Source: Planctomycetota bacterium
Lineage (GTDB): Bacteria > Planctomycetota > PLA2 > JAEUHO01
Direction: 5' to 3'
DNA length: 64,000 bases
NCBI GenBank assembly: GCA_965223505.1
Contig: CBDCWP010000039.1
Span: 64,001 to 128,000, forward strand
A program made the position numbers and the translations under genes. The notes under the pieces were generated by a model. The model had not been told where the DNA came from. It saw only the letters and a program-made list of their open reading frames with translations, and searched no databases. Shown one piece after another: positions 1-9,764 of this stretch (position 1 is its first letter; every line of letters begins with the position of its first letter).

Positions 1-86
1 ACGTAGATCACGCCCACGCTGAGCCCGGCGAGAAGCACGATCACGATGATGAGCAGGGTGAGACGACGTCTACGGCGACGGGCCAT
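1..86 (-). CDS. N-terminus of a membrane-anchored protein, truncated by the window edge
   Basis: ATG at 86 after GGGAGA RBS; reads MARRRRRRLTLLIIVIVLLAGLSVGVIY (basic N-terminus plus TM helix); overlaps the 3' end of the EpsI gene. Confidence 0.6.
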   Translation of the reverse strand, partial: MARRRRRRLTLLIIVIVLLAGLSVGVIY

Positions 87-765
87 CGGTTTCTCCCGGA
101 ATGCAAAGCGTGGAGAGGCTCGGCCACAGGGCTCGAACCAGGGACTCGACGCGTTCCTCGGCATCGTTGCCGTCTTGGAGCATCGGTGCGTAGAGGATTA
201 CGATTTGTACGGGACGGTCCTTGCGGCCGGCAAGCAGGTCTCGGTAGCGGAGCCAGCGACGCTCGCGCCGCGAGGTGATCACTTCATCGCCGTAGTGGAA
301 CCAGTAGTAGACCAGCATTCGGCGGCCGGACTTTTGAAACGTCATCCGCCGCACGCGAGCCTTCTCTCGCGTATCCGTCAGACCGTCCCAAATCGGCACG
401 AGTGCGCTGTCGGTCGTGTTCCAGCCGTGGACGGGGAGGCAGATCGTGGGCTCGTGCAACCACCCCTCGGTTCGCGCGGCCGCGCCGATGTGCATGTGCA
501 CCAGGCTGCCGTCGCTCGTCCGGTAGTCGATCGCCGCGTAGTAGTCGGCGCCGGAGAGCTCGACCACGTCCGGCGGGATCTCCTTCCGTGTGCCTCGAAA
601 CAGCGGCTCCTGGGTGAGAACGGGAATCGATTCCAGACGCTTGGTGAGCCAGGCGGCCTCCTTCGGCGAGAGCCGAAGCGAGTCGCGCCATGCCTCCGCT
701 GCGTAGGTTCCGACGCAACCCAGCACCAGGAGCACGATCGTGAGGAGGCGTACGACGCGGGTCAT
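70..765 (-). CDS. epsI: Exosortase-associated EpsI family protein
   Basis: Start MTRVVRLL overlaps the exosortase stop (ATGA); N-terminal hydrophobic segment, LHEPTICLPVHGW (HxPxxC..GW) and LVYYWF motifs typical of EpsI. Confidence 0.85.
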   Translation of the reverse strand: MTRVVRLLTIVLLVLGCVGTYAAEAWRDSLRLSPKEAAWLTKRLESIPVLTQEPLFRGTRKEIPPDVVELSGADYYAAIDYRTSDGSLVHMHIGAAARTEGWLHEPTICLPVHGWNTTDSALVPIWDGLTDTREKARVRRMTFQKSGRRMLVYYWFHYGDEVITSRRERRWLRYRDLLAGRKDRPVQIVILYAPMLQDGNDAEERVESLVRALWPSLSTLCIPGETDGPSP

Positions 766-1673
766 GCGATCTCCTCTCTCCGAAAGAGCGCCCCGATCAA
801 TCCTGCGAATCCCAAGAGCAAGAGACCCGCGACGGCGAACAGGGCAAACCCTTCGAAGAAGTGGAACGCACCCTTCGCCGTCTCTTGACCCACGTTGACC
901 GACAGCCAGCCGGTCAGCCAGATGCGGCCGCCGTTGACGAGGACCGCGATCGGCACGGCGGCGAGAACGACGGCGAGTCTCAGACCCCAGTGCCGGTTCC
1001 AAAGGAAGCACGCCAGAATCGCGACGCTTACGAGCGAGATGAGTGATCGGATGCCGCTACACGCCTCGGCGACCCAGAGGCTGTCGGCGCCCGACAGGTG
1101 AATCACGCTGCCTTCGAGGACGCTCGGGACGTCCGTGACGTTCAGGAGCCCGACGGCGAGCTGGGCCGAGATCGACTTGAGCGGGAGGGTGATGCTCTGT
1201 TGAACCGCGCCCGGCAGCGGGCACGCCAAGACGAGCGCGACCAGTGCCGGCAGCAGCACGCCGATGCCGCGCCATCCGAGGAATGCCAGCAGCACCGCGC
1301 CCAGCGCGCCGACGAACGCGAAGGGCGCGAGCGAGGTCATGAAGTCGAGCTGCGCCGTGAACGCGCAGAAGAGGCAGATCAGGAGCACCGGAACCGCCAC
1401 GAAGCTCGTGCCGCCGCGCAAACGCCGCAGCCGCTCCTTGCGGTCCCAGAGCAACCACGCCGCCACCAGCGGCATCAAGAACCCGTGGCTGTATTCCGGG
1501 TCGTGCGCCCATGCGTCGAAGAGTCGAAACAGCGTCGGCGCGAACGCAATCAGGAGAAGTCCCAGGGCGATCACGCCCGTGCGGATCCACGGGGGACGCG
1601 CGGATGCGGCATAATGTATCGACGCATCCCCGGGTGCCCCCGTATGGCGCCGGTCGTCCACTACCTCTTGCAT
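762..1673 (-). CDS. Exosortase (EpsH/XrtA-like transpeptidase)
   Basis: Multi-TM protein with YSHGFL, VAEACSGIRS (catalytic Cys), NGGRI (Arg) and HFFEG (His); start could be 1700. Confidence 0.95.
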   Translation of the reverse strand: MQEVVDDRRHTGAPGDASIHYAASARPPWIRTGVIALGLLLIAFAPTLFRLFDAWAHDPEYSHGFLMPLVAAWLLWDRKERLRRLRGGTSFVAVPVLLICLFCAFTAQLDFMTSLAPFAFVGALGAVLLAFLGWRGIGVLLPALVALVLACPLPGAVQQSITLPLKSISAQLAVGLLNVTDVPSVLEGSVIHLSGADSLWVAEACSGIRSLISLVSVAILACFLWNRHWGLRLAVVLAAVPIAVLVNGGRIWLTGWLSVNVGQETAKGAFHFFEGFALFAVAGLLLLGFAGLIGALFRREEIA

Positions 1674-1994
1674 CGCGCTGCTCGTTCCCCTTTTGCGCAT
1701 CGATCCGAACGCTAGAGTTTACGTCCTGGGACCGCAGATACGAGCCGCTACGGGCGTCCTCGACGTGAGTCGGGCCGAACCGTCCGCGCCAACGCACCGC
1801 CGATTTCCGCCTACTTTCGACTTCTTGGGCCCGTCACCGAAGCGTCGTGGGCGCCAATTCGGAATTCGCGCGGCCTGTTAGTGTCGCAGTAAGGTGTCGC
1901 ACCTCTTGGGGGTCCCGTCCAGGGCCAGGGGAGTCCGCTCAAGTCCGGGGGGGACGCGCGTCGACAGGAGACGTGGATTCCAGGAGGCCACCCC

Positions 1995-3605
1995 GTGCGA
2001 ATCACTCTCTTCCTCTCGCTGGTGCTGCTCCTCTGCAGCGCGTGCGGGGGCGGCGGCGCCGCGCCCCTCGTTTCCGGCGAACAGGTCGTTCCCCCGCCCG
2101 TCGTCCCGCCGCCGCCGATCGTCGTCCCGCCCGAAGACGGCATGGTCGTCTACGTCTCGAACAGCGAGGGTGACGACGCCAACAGCGGTCTCTCGGCCGA
2201 CGAGCCGGTCCAGAAGCTCGCCACGGCGGTCGCACTTCTGAGGGACGGCAAGCCGGATTGGCTTCTGCTGCGCCGAGGTGACGTCTGGCCCACGGAGTCC
2301 GTGCGTCTGAACAGAGACGGGAAGTCGACGTCCGAGCCGATCGTCGTATCGGACTACGGCCTGCCGACGCTGCCCCGACCGACAGTCAAGGCCGTGTTCC
2401 TCGATGCCGACCACGTCTCTGTCACGGATCTCATCATCAGTGGCGACGGCACCGGCGAGGGCATTTCCTTCAGCTTCCAAGGGAACCACACCGGCGCTCA
2501 CTTCGAGGGCGTGACGATTCAGAAGAAGAAGACCGGGATCGACCTGCGCTGGGTGAGCAACTTCGTCATCTGTCGCTCCGTGATCCGAGACTGTTCCTCC
2601 TTCGGGATGTACACCGACAGTGTGCACTCAGTGGTCGACGGAGCGCTCATCGACGAGTGCGTCTTCGACAACAACGGCACCGGTGACCTGTTGAACCACA
2701 ACGTCTACAAGTCCCGGGGCGGACGCAACTACACGTTCCGCAACACGATCTTCAGCCGTGGCGGGAACTACGGGCTGAAGATCCGCGCGTGGACCGAGAA
2801 CTTGAAGGTCGAGAACTGCCTGTTCGTTCGAAATCGGAACGGCATGGTGGTGCACCTCGACAAGGACGACCGAACGAAGGGCTGGACCAATACGGACGTC
2901 GAGATCACCGACTGCGTGTTCACCGACATGGGTGGCGACGGTCAGATGATCCTCCTCGGCGTCACCCATGCCGTCAACGGCGTCGTGCGCGGGAACGTCC
3001 TCACGAACTCAACGTCCGTCGATTGGGGCTACGGGCTCCATCTCTTGGAGGGGTACTACGCCGATCGGATGCTGAAGGACGTTTCGGTGACCAACAACAC
3101 GGTCTACAACGTCACCGGTCGGACGTTTCGCCTCATTGTCGGCGACACCCCCGTGGCGGACGTCTCGAACCTGAGCGTCGAGCGCAACCTCTTCAAGTCG
3201 ATCGCTCAGCCGCGGAAAGATCCCCTCGTAAACATGGACACGCTGGCCCTGAACGCCTCGACGATCACGGGCAACGCCTACAACTCGCACGTCGCGAGCG
3301 ACGCCTGGTTCCGCGTGGACGGGCAGAGCATGCCGTTCAGTGAATGGCTCGAGACGAGCAGCGAGACGAGCGCGCAGACGACGGACGTGACGTTCGAGGA
3401 CCCGACCCGCTCGATCGCGAGCTACAACGCGAGCCTGGGCGGGGCGGCCACGTTCGAAGCGTTCATCGCCGAAGCACGCAAGCAGTCCAGGGATCAGTGG
3501 CGTCTCGCCTACACCGCGGATGCCGTGAACGACTACATTCGAGCGGGACTTCGCCCGACGTCGGATCTGGGGTCCGTCCAGATCGGCGCCGTTCCTCCGA
3601 AGTAG
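1995..3605 (+). CDS. Lipoprotein with right-handed parallel beta-helix repeats (polysaccharide lyase/binding-like)
   Basis: RBS CAGGAGG; lipobox LCSAC; Pro-rich linker; YVSNSEGDDANSG..P motif; repeated Asn-rich beta-helix turns. Confidence 0.75.
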   Translation: MRITLFLSLVLLLCSACGGGGAAPLVSGEQVVPPPVVPPPPIVVPPEDGMVVYVSNSEGDDANSGLSADEPVQKLATAVALLRDGKPDWLLLRRGDVWPTESVRLNRDGKSTSEPIVVSDYGLPTLPRPTVKAVFLDADHVSVTDLIISGDGTGEGISFSFQGNHTGAHFEGVTIQKKKTGIDLRWVSNFVICRSVIRDCSSFGMYTDSVHSVVDGALIDECVFDNNGTGDLLNHNVYKSRGGRNYTFRNTIFSRGGNYGLKIRAWTENLKVENCLFVRNRNGMVVHLDKDDRTKGWTNTDVEITDCVFTDMGGDGQMILLGVTHAVNGVVRGNVLTNSTSVDWGYGLHLLEGYYADRMLKDVSVTNNTVYNVTGRTFRLIVGDTPVADVSNLSVERNLFKSIAQPRKDPLVNMDTLALNASTITGNAYNSHVASDAWFRVDGQSMPFSEWLETSSETSAQTTDVTFEDPTRSIASYNASLGGAATFEAFIAEARKQSRDQWRLAYTADAVNDYIRAGLRPTSDLGSVQIGAVPPK

Positions 3606-3617
3606 CGTGAGCTCGGC

Positions 3618-4568
3618 TCAGGCTTTGGCCTGGTAGCCGCGGTCCGAGCGGCTCTCTGCCGCTGCGCGACGCCCGCGGACCAGCGAGCGCAGGACGAGGC
3701 GTGCGCGCGTGAACCGATCCCCGCCGCCGCCCGGCACTTGCCGAAGAGACCTGAGGACGTCGCGCCCGAGCGCCGGCCGGCCCTGATTCACGAGTCGCTC
3801 CGCGAGAACCAATCCGTACCGTCGCATCATCCAGTCGTTCTCAGGCGGCACGTGCTCGCGATGGCTCGACCAGTACTCGAATGCGACCTTGAACAGGTCG
3901 TGGTACCAGGTGACCTCGTAGCGCTGATTGATCAATCGGTCGCCCGAATGACGTACGTAGTTCGAGAGCGCGCCCGGCACGTGCACCCACCGGCGCGCGG
4001 ACAGACAGAAGCGAAAGACGAAGTCCATCTCCTGTTTGCGGCGAATGAGAGGGTCGAACCACAGGCCCGCGTGCAGCACTCGTGTCCGATAGAGCGGCGC
4101 GGCGGTCGAGACCGGATAGAGCCGCGAAACGTGACGGAAGACGTCGACGTCGTTGCTCACGACCTCGCGCTTGGGCGGGTCGACCGACTCGTCGATGTTG
4201 GCGTAGTCGCAGACGGCGATGTCCGCGTCGGCCGCCTCCATGGCGGCGACCTGACGCGAAAATTTTTCGGGCTCGAGATAGTCGTCGCTGTCGAGGACCT
4301 GCAGGTAGGCCCCCTTGGAGGCCGAGATCGCCGCATTTCGCGCCGCCTGCGCGCCCGCATTCTCCTGCCGGATCACCCGCACGCGCTCGCGGCCGTGACG
4401 CTCCTCGTAGCGCCGAAGAAGTGCCGGCGTCTCGTCGGTCGATCCGTCGTCGCAGACGATCACCTCCACGTCTGGGTGGTCCTGCGCGAGAGCGCTGTCC
4501 AACGTGCGGGGGAGGCGATCCGCCCTGTTGAACGCGGGCACCACGACGCTGACGAGCGGGGCGCTCAT
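3618..4568 (-). CDS. Glycosyltransferase family 2
   Basis: VSVVVPAFN, DDGSTD, ARN, LDSDD motifs. Confidence 0.92.
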   Translation of the reverse strand: MSAPLVSVVVPAFNRADRLPRTLDSALAQDHPDVEVIVCDDGSTDETPALLRRYEERHGRERVRVIRQENAGAQAARNAAISASKGAYLQVLDSDDYLEPEKFSRQVAAMEAADADIAVCDYANIDESVDPPKREVVSNDVDVFRHVSRLYPVSTAAPLYRTRVLHAGLWFDPLIRRKQEMDFVFRFCLSARRWVHVPGALSNYVRHSGDRLINQRYEVTWYHDLFKVAFEYWSSHREHVPPENDWMMRRYGLVLAERLVNQGRPALGRDVLRSLRQVPGGGGDRFTRARLVLRSLVRGRRAAAESRSDRGYQAKA

Positions 4569-4735
4569 GCGTATCGTGCTCCTTCGATGATCCCGTGGCG
4601 AATGCCTGTCGCCCGAGCTTGCGCCCTCGTCGCTGCAATATATGTCGCACTTCCCATTACGTTCTGGATTGCAGGATAGCAGGGTTCATAGGACTCTTCG
4701 GCCCGCAGAGAGCCGTCCTGGACTGCATGCAGGCC

Positions 4736-5614
4736 TCAATTCGTCGTTTCTTGCCCGATCGGCAATCGCGCCCTGACGTACATGTCCGTGATGTACTTGC
4801 GGCTCCGGCGGCGCTTACCAATCAGCTTTGGCAGCTGGGATTTCTTCCACGGCAGCAGGCACTTTACGATCTCCTTCGTCCATCGCGACAGGCTTCGCTT
4901 GAACGGAAAGGCGCGGAACTTCCGGACCGCGACGATCTCGAAGCCTTGCCGGCGCAGGAGGTCGCACACGATCTCTTCGGAAGCGAAGCTCAGGTGATCG
5001 GGGAGGTAGAGTGGCCTCGGGTGTTCGCCTGCGGCGAGGTTCGCCGTGTCACCGGTCTGTAGAAGAAGCTCTCCGCCGGGTTTCAGCAGTCGTTTGCAGA
5101 GTCGAATGAACTCCGGTGGATTCGGCAGGTGTGAGTACACGTTGAGCATCGAGACCACGTCGTACTGCTCGCTGTGCTCTGCCAGGTCGAAGTAGGTCAC
5201 GTCTTGGCCGTGACTTCGGGCCGACTCCTGCTTCTTGATGTTCGGCTCTATGCCGCATGCTGAGATTTGGTGGTTGCTGATCTGGTCCAATGCGACCAAG
5301 AACTCGCCGTGTCCACACCCGATGTCCAGCCAAGTGCGCTTCTTATGGCCTAGCTCTGCTCCGAAGAGTTCCCTAAGTTTGGCCACGTACGAAGGGATCT
5401 TGTCGTCGACGAAGACGCCGGTCACATCCAGCTCGGTGTCACCTTGATGAACGCCGCACTCGTGGGCCTGCGCCAATGCCTCGTCGCTCGGACGTGGCGT
5501 CATGTAGAGAAGCCCGCATCCGGCGCACTTGACGAGCATGAACCCGTTTTCCTCTGTGTAGGGCGCTCGCTCCGATGAACTGCAGTTGTAGCAGCTGACC
5601 TCGACGCTGGTCAT
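4736..5614 (-). CDS. Class I SAM-dependent methyltransferase with N-terminal CxxC..CxxC zinc ribbon
   Basis: CYNC/CAGC, LDIGCGHG motif I, LLKPGGELL. Confidence 0.88.
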   Translation of the reverse strand: MTSVEVSCYNCSSSERAPYTEENGFMLVKCAGCGLLYMTPRPSDEALAQAHECGVHQGDTELDVTGVFVDDKIPSYVAKLRELFGAELGHKKRTWLDIGCGHGEFLVALDQISNHQISACGIEPNIKKQESARSHGQDVTYFDLAEHSEQYDVVSMLNVYSHLPNPPEFIRLCKRLLKPGGELLLQTGDTANLAAGEHPRPLYLPDHLSFASEEIVCDLLRRQGFEIVAVRKFRAFPFKRSLSRWTKEIVKCLLPWKKSQLPKLIGKRRRSRKYITDMYVRARLPIGQETTN

Positions 5615-5753
5615 CGCTCCCGTTCCTCCTCTCCTCTGAATCTGGACGCATGCCTGGCCAAGCGGCGCATTCTAGGGGCATCTCGATCGCCTGCCGTAGG
5701 TCCATTGGGTCGAGCGCGGGCGGGGAGCCCGCGATGTCCACCGGTGGGGCCGC

Positions 5754-7109
5754 TCATAGGTTCGAAGGGAGGAGCGGGGCGTACCACCAAGCGGCGAGAA
5801 CGATCAGAAGGCCAACACCGAACTGCAGCAGGTCCAGCTTTGGAACCCAGCCGCCGTGCTTGTGAAGTGCCCACGCGGCCACGGGATACAGGAAGAACGA
5901 CGTCGCCGCGTACCCGATCAGCATGCCCGTCGTTCCAGCGACCACGGCGCCTGTCGCAATGCACGCGATGTTGAAGATCATGGCGGCAATGTCGACGAGC
6001 GCGCACCGGAACGAGTCACCGCAGCCAAGCAGAATGCTCCCATATGGCGGCAGTGGTGATACGGCCAGTCCGGCTGCCAAGAGGCGGAGCATCGGGCCGG
6101 CTTCACCATAGCGGTCGTCGTAGAGAAGACTGATGATCTCGGAACCGAAGAGCGCGACCAGTAGCGTGAAGGGAATCCGGATCGCGATCATCGCCCACCG
6201 GACCTTCACCACCTGTTTTCGTACGTGCAGGCGTCCAAGAGCGGCAATCTGCGCATAGGCGGGGAACAGCACCCTTTGTTCGAGCCGACCAATGACCCGC
6301 GAGAGCGAGCTGGAGATGAGAATCGCGATTCCGACGAGGCCGAGAACGGCCTCCGAAACGAAGAAGCCGAAGACGAGCCTGGAGCCGCGCCTCGCCAGGA
6401 ATCCGGCGATCGTTCCGATGAGGATCCACTTGCCGAACTTCAGGATGGCGGCCGCGGCGGTCCTGTCGAGCGCCAGCTGATGTCGATGCCCGCGAAAGAG
6501 AGCGTGACTGATGGCAACCCGCGCGACGCTGGCGATGAGACCGCCCGCGATCAGCGCCCAGACACTCCGAAACAGATACGCGAGCAGCACCGCAAAGCAG
6601 ATCTTGATGAGTTGTATGCCGATTTCGAACAACACGAGCTGCCTCAGCTTGAGCTGTCGATTGAGCACGAAGATCGAAATCGACGTGAATCCGGTGACCG
6701 CGGCGTTCAGGCTCGCCACGGCGAACAGAGCTGGAAGCGCTACGTTTGCATAGGAACTCTGCGCGGAGATGAAGTCCATGCTCTGAAGCGCGTAGAGTGC
6801 GCCGGCGATCAGCCAGCCCAGGATCAACAGTATCAGCCCGCGCAGAATCTGAATGGTCCAGGCGGTGTTCAAGAATAGGGGCTCACGGCCCTCGGGATGG
6901 TGGATCACGCTGGACCCGACGCCGATCTCCGAGAAGAGGTGCAGCAGCTGCTGCAACGATGACACCAGCGCCATCAGGCCGAACGCCTCCGGGAACAACA
7001 GGCGCGTTAGTACGAGATTCGAGGCAAGGCGGAGTCCTTGGCGGGCGTATCCGCTGCCAAGGACCCACATCGATCCCTTGACGACTCGAGTGCGAAGACG
7101 TTGCGTCAT
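5754..7109 (-). CDS. wzx: Wzx-like oligosaccharide flippase
   Basis: Many TM segments; LTRLLFPEAFGLMAL and NTAWT motifs of polysaccharide flippases. Confidence 0.88.
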   Translation of the reverse strand: MTQRLRTRVVKGSMWVLGSGYARQGLRLASNLVLTRLLFPEAFGLMALVSSLQQLLHLFSEIGVGSSVIHHPEGREPLFLNTAWTIQILRGLILLILGWLIAGALYALQSMDFISAQSSYANVALPALFAVASLNAAVTGFTSISIFVLNRQLKLRQLVLFEIGIQLIKICFAVLLAYLFRSVWALIAGGLIASVARVAISHALFRGHRHQLALDRTAAAAILKFGKWILIGTIAGFLARRGSRLVFGFFVSEAVLGLVGIAILISSSLSRVIGRLEQRVLFPAYAQIAALGRLHVRKQVVKVRWAMIAIRIPFTLLVALFGSEIISLLYDDRYGEAGPMLRLLAAGLAVSPLPPYGSILLGCGDSFRCALVDIAAMIFNIACIATGAVVAGTTGMLIGYAATSFFLYPVAAWALHKHGGWVPKLDLLQFGVGLLIVLAAWWYAPLLPSNL

Positions 7110-7353
7110 TTGCGCGTGAGTTTACGCGTAGGCTCGACGCGCCATGCCATTTCGTACGGGAAGTACCGCGGGCACAGATCATCTCGTTCGCTTCGCGTCA
7201 GCATCGTCACCAAGACGGTCGCGCACTTCGTACGTCGTTCGCCTCCAAGTCTCTGTGTGTGCGAGGGAGATCTCCTTGCGAGGGCGGTCGATTCCAGGAG
7301 GATGGGGTCCGTGATTGGAGCCGCAGCGGGCTCGACCCTGGAGATCGCGCCTG

Positions 7354-8727
7354 ATGGGCGGCAACTTTCTCGTTCCTGTTGCGATGTTCGGCGTCGTTCC
7401 GCTCGTCATCGTTCTCTTCTCGCTGCTGCGACCTCACCGCGCGGTCATGGCCGCGTACATCTTCGGCTGGCTCTTCCTTCCGATGGCGCAGTACGACCTG
7501 CCGGGCGCCCCGCCTTGGAACAAGGCAAGCGCCATCGCGTTCTCGGTCCTGTTCGGGATGGTGTTGTTCGACACGCGCGCGTTCGGAAGGTTCAAGTTCA
7601 GGTGGCTCGACGTCCCGATGGCCGTCTGGTTGCTGTGTCCGTTGGCGAGCTCGATCTCCAACGGTCTCGGCGCGTATGACGGCGCGTCGGAGGTGCTCGA
7701 TCAGCTCCTCGTCTGGGGCGTGCCGTACGCGCTGGGGCGGGTCTACTTCAACTCGGCCCAGCGGCTGCGGGAGCTCGCAATCTGGCTCTTCATGGCGGGT
7801 GTAATCTATGCGCCCTTCTGTGCCTGGGAGCTGCGCATGAGCCCGCGGCTCCATCAGACGTTCTATGGCTTCCGCCAGCACGTCTTCGCCCAGGCGGGCC
7901 GCGGTGAGGGCTGGCGGCCGATGGTCTTCATGCAGCACGGGCTCGCCGTCGCGATCTTCATGGCGTCGGCGTCGGTGCTCGGCGTCTGGGTCTGGGCGAG
8001 CAAGGCGGCGCGCGAGATCCGTGGGATTCCCGTCTCGTTTCTCGTGGTGCCTCTGGTGCTCATCTCCGTGATGCTGAAGTCGATGCTGGCGTTCCTGCTG
8101 ATCGGCGTCGGCGTCGGCGTCGTGCTGATGACGCCGCGCATGAGGATTCGGGCGCTGGCCGTCGCGCTCCTGTTCTTCCCGGTCGTCTACATGGGCGTTC
8201 GCGGCTCCGGAGTCTGGTCCGGGGAGCAACTCTTGAAAGTAGCCGAGACGCTCGGCAGCGAGCAGCGTGCGGCATCGCTTCAGACACGCCTCGTCAGCGA
8301 GGAGTACCTGCTCGAGCACGGCAAGGATCGACCGCTGCTCGGGTGGGGTGGCCACGGACGCGCCGTTGTCAGCCGCGACGGCAAGGGGCTGCGCGTACGC
8401 GTCGGCGACGTGGACGTCGCGGTCATTCCCGACGGTTTCTGGGTGATCACGTTCGCGCGGCGCGGCGTCGTCGGCCTTCTGGCGATTACGCTCGCGCTGT
8501 TGCTGCCCGCGCTCGCGGTGATCCGCCGCCTGTCGCCGCGGGACTGGAAGAGTCCCATGGTCGGCGCGGCCGCGGCGCTCGCCGTGATGGTCGGGCTGCA
8601 CGCGGTCGACAACCTCATGAACGCCATGCGCAGCCCCCTGTACGTCATCGCGGTCGGCGCGCTGACCACGTGCGTGTACGGCCTGCGCCGAAGGCCGACG
8701 CACCCGCGGCCCAAGGGTGCACCCTGA
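7354..8727 (+). CDS. O-antigen ligase / Wzy polymerase-like membrane protein
   Basis: About 12 TM helices; WRPMVFMQHGL, R..E..L, PLLGWGG and DGFW motifs; GGAGA RBS before ATG 7354. Confidence 0.8.
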   Translation: MGGNFLVPVAMFGVVPLVIVLFSLLRPHRAVMAAYIFGWLFLPMAQYDLPGAPPWNKASAIAFSVLFGMVLFDTRAFGRFKFRWLDVPMAVWLLCPLASSISNGLGAYDGASEVLDQLLVWGVPYALGRVYFNSAQRLRELAIWLFMAGVIYAPFCAWELRMSPRLHQTFYGFRQHVFAQAGRGEGWRPMVFMQHGLAVAIFMASASVLGVWVWASKAAREIRGIPVSFLVVPLVLISVMLKSMLAFLLIGVGVGVVLMTPRMRIRALAVALLFFPVVYMGVRGSGVWSGEQLLKVAETLGSEQRAASLQTRLVSEEYLLEHGKDRPLLGWGGHGRAVVSRDGKGLRVRVGDVDVAVIPDGFWVITFARRGVVGLLAITLALLLPALAVIRRLSPRDWKSPMVGAAAALAVMVGLHAVDNLMNAMRSPLYVIAVGALTTCVYGLRRRPTHPRPKGAP

Positions 8728-8729
8728 CC

Positions 8730-9764
8730 ATGTCGAGTGCGCAGCGCGCCGAGAGCCGTCACGCCGTTCCGTACGTTCTCGTTGCGGGTGCGGGCAAGTC
8801 GGGGACGAAGCGCGTCCTCAAGCTGTTCGACCTGAGCCCCGCGACGCACGTGCGCTGCGAGCCCAACGAGCTCGAAGGCTCCCCGTTCCTACGGCTGCCC
8901 GACTACCAGGTGCCCGAGACGGACGCGGCCGAGCAGCTGGAACGCGGCTGGGACGCGGCGGTCGAGTGGGCATCGGTACGCATGGGCGAGCGAGACCGTT
9001 TTCCCAAGACGGTGAAACACCACATTCGATCCCGTGCTCGAACGCTCGGGCTGCATCGCGTCGTGAGGCACGGCAAGCTGCGTCGCGTCGCCGGGCTCGT
9101 CCTTCCCTCGTTGCGCGGCGCCGAGTGGGCGTACCCGGCGTGGCTCGGCGATCGCGAACGGCTGCGAGAAGCGACGCCCGTCCTGAAGATCGGGCCCGCC
9201 GCGGGCTGGGTGCCGTGGGTGCTCGAGAACCGGTCCCGCGCGCGCGTGGTGGCCGTGATCCGGCACCCCGGCGGGTTCGTCTACTCCCACCGGAAGCGTT
9301 GGCTCGACTTCCAGGACCAGCAACAGGTCGCCCGCGCGAATCGCGAGCGGCTTCGCCGTGTGCTGGCGCTGCGTCCCGGTTGGTCGTTGCCGAGCGCCGA
9401 GGTGGACGCGATGTCGGCCGTCGAGACCGAGCTGTGGTTCTGGCGCTACGTCTACGAGGCGCTGGACCGCGCCGGCCGCGCAACCGGACGCTATCTGCGG
9501 GTCCGGGACGAGGACGTCGTGGCCGACCCCGTTCCGACCGCGAGGCGGCTCTGGTCCTTCTCCGGGGTCGAGCCCGCGGAAGACGCGGAAGCCTACCTCC
9601 GACGCATGACCGATCACTGGCGCGAGCACACGGCGCCGTGGCGAAGCCTCCTCGATACGTCGGACGAGCATCTGGTCGATAAAGTGCTGGAAGGGTCGGC
9701 CCTCGCCTCCCTCTGGGAGGCGGACCAGCGCGTCAGCTTGCCGACGTACCGGGCGTACGAATGA
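8730..9764 (+). CDS. Sulfotransferase-like protein
   Basis: 5'-PSB-like loop VAGAGKSGTK, EP motif, 3'-PB-like VIRHPGG..S, VRDEDVVADP (YEDL-like). Confidence 0.7.
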   Translation: MSSAQRAESRHAVPYVLVAGAGKSGTKRVLKLFDLSPATHVRCEPNELEGSPFLRLPDYQVPETDAAEQLERGWDAAVEWASVRMGERDRFPKTVKHHIRSRARTLGLHRVVRHGKLRRVAGLVLPSLRGAEWAYPAWLGDRERLREATPVLKIGPAAGWVPWVLENRSRARVVAVIRHPGGFVYSHRKRWLDFQDQQQVARANRERLRRVLALRPGWSLPSAEVDAMSAVETELWFWRYVYEALDRAGRATGRYLRVRDEDVVADPVPTARRLWSFSGVEPAEDAEAYLRRMTDHWREHTAPWRSLLDTSDEHLVDKVLEGSALASLWEADQRVSLPTYRAYE

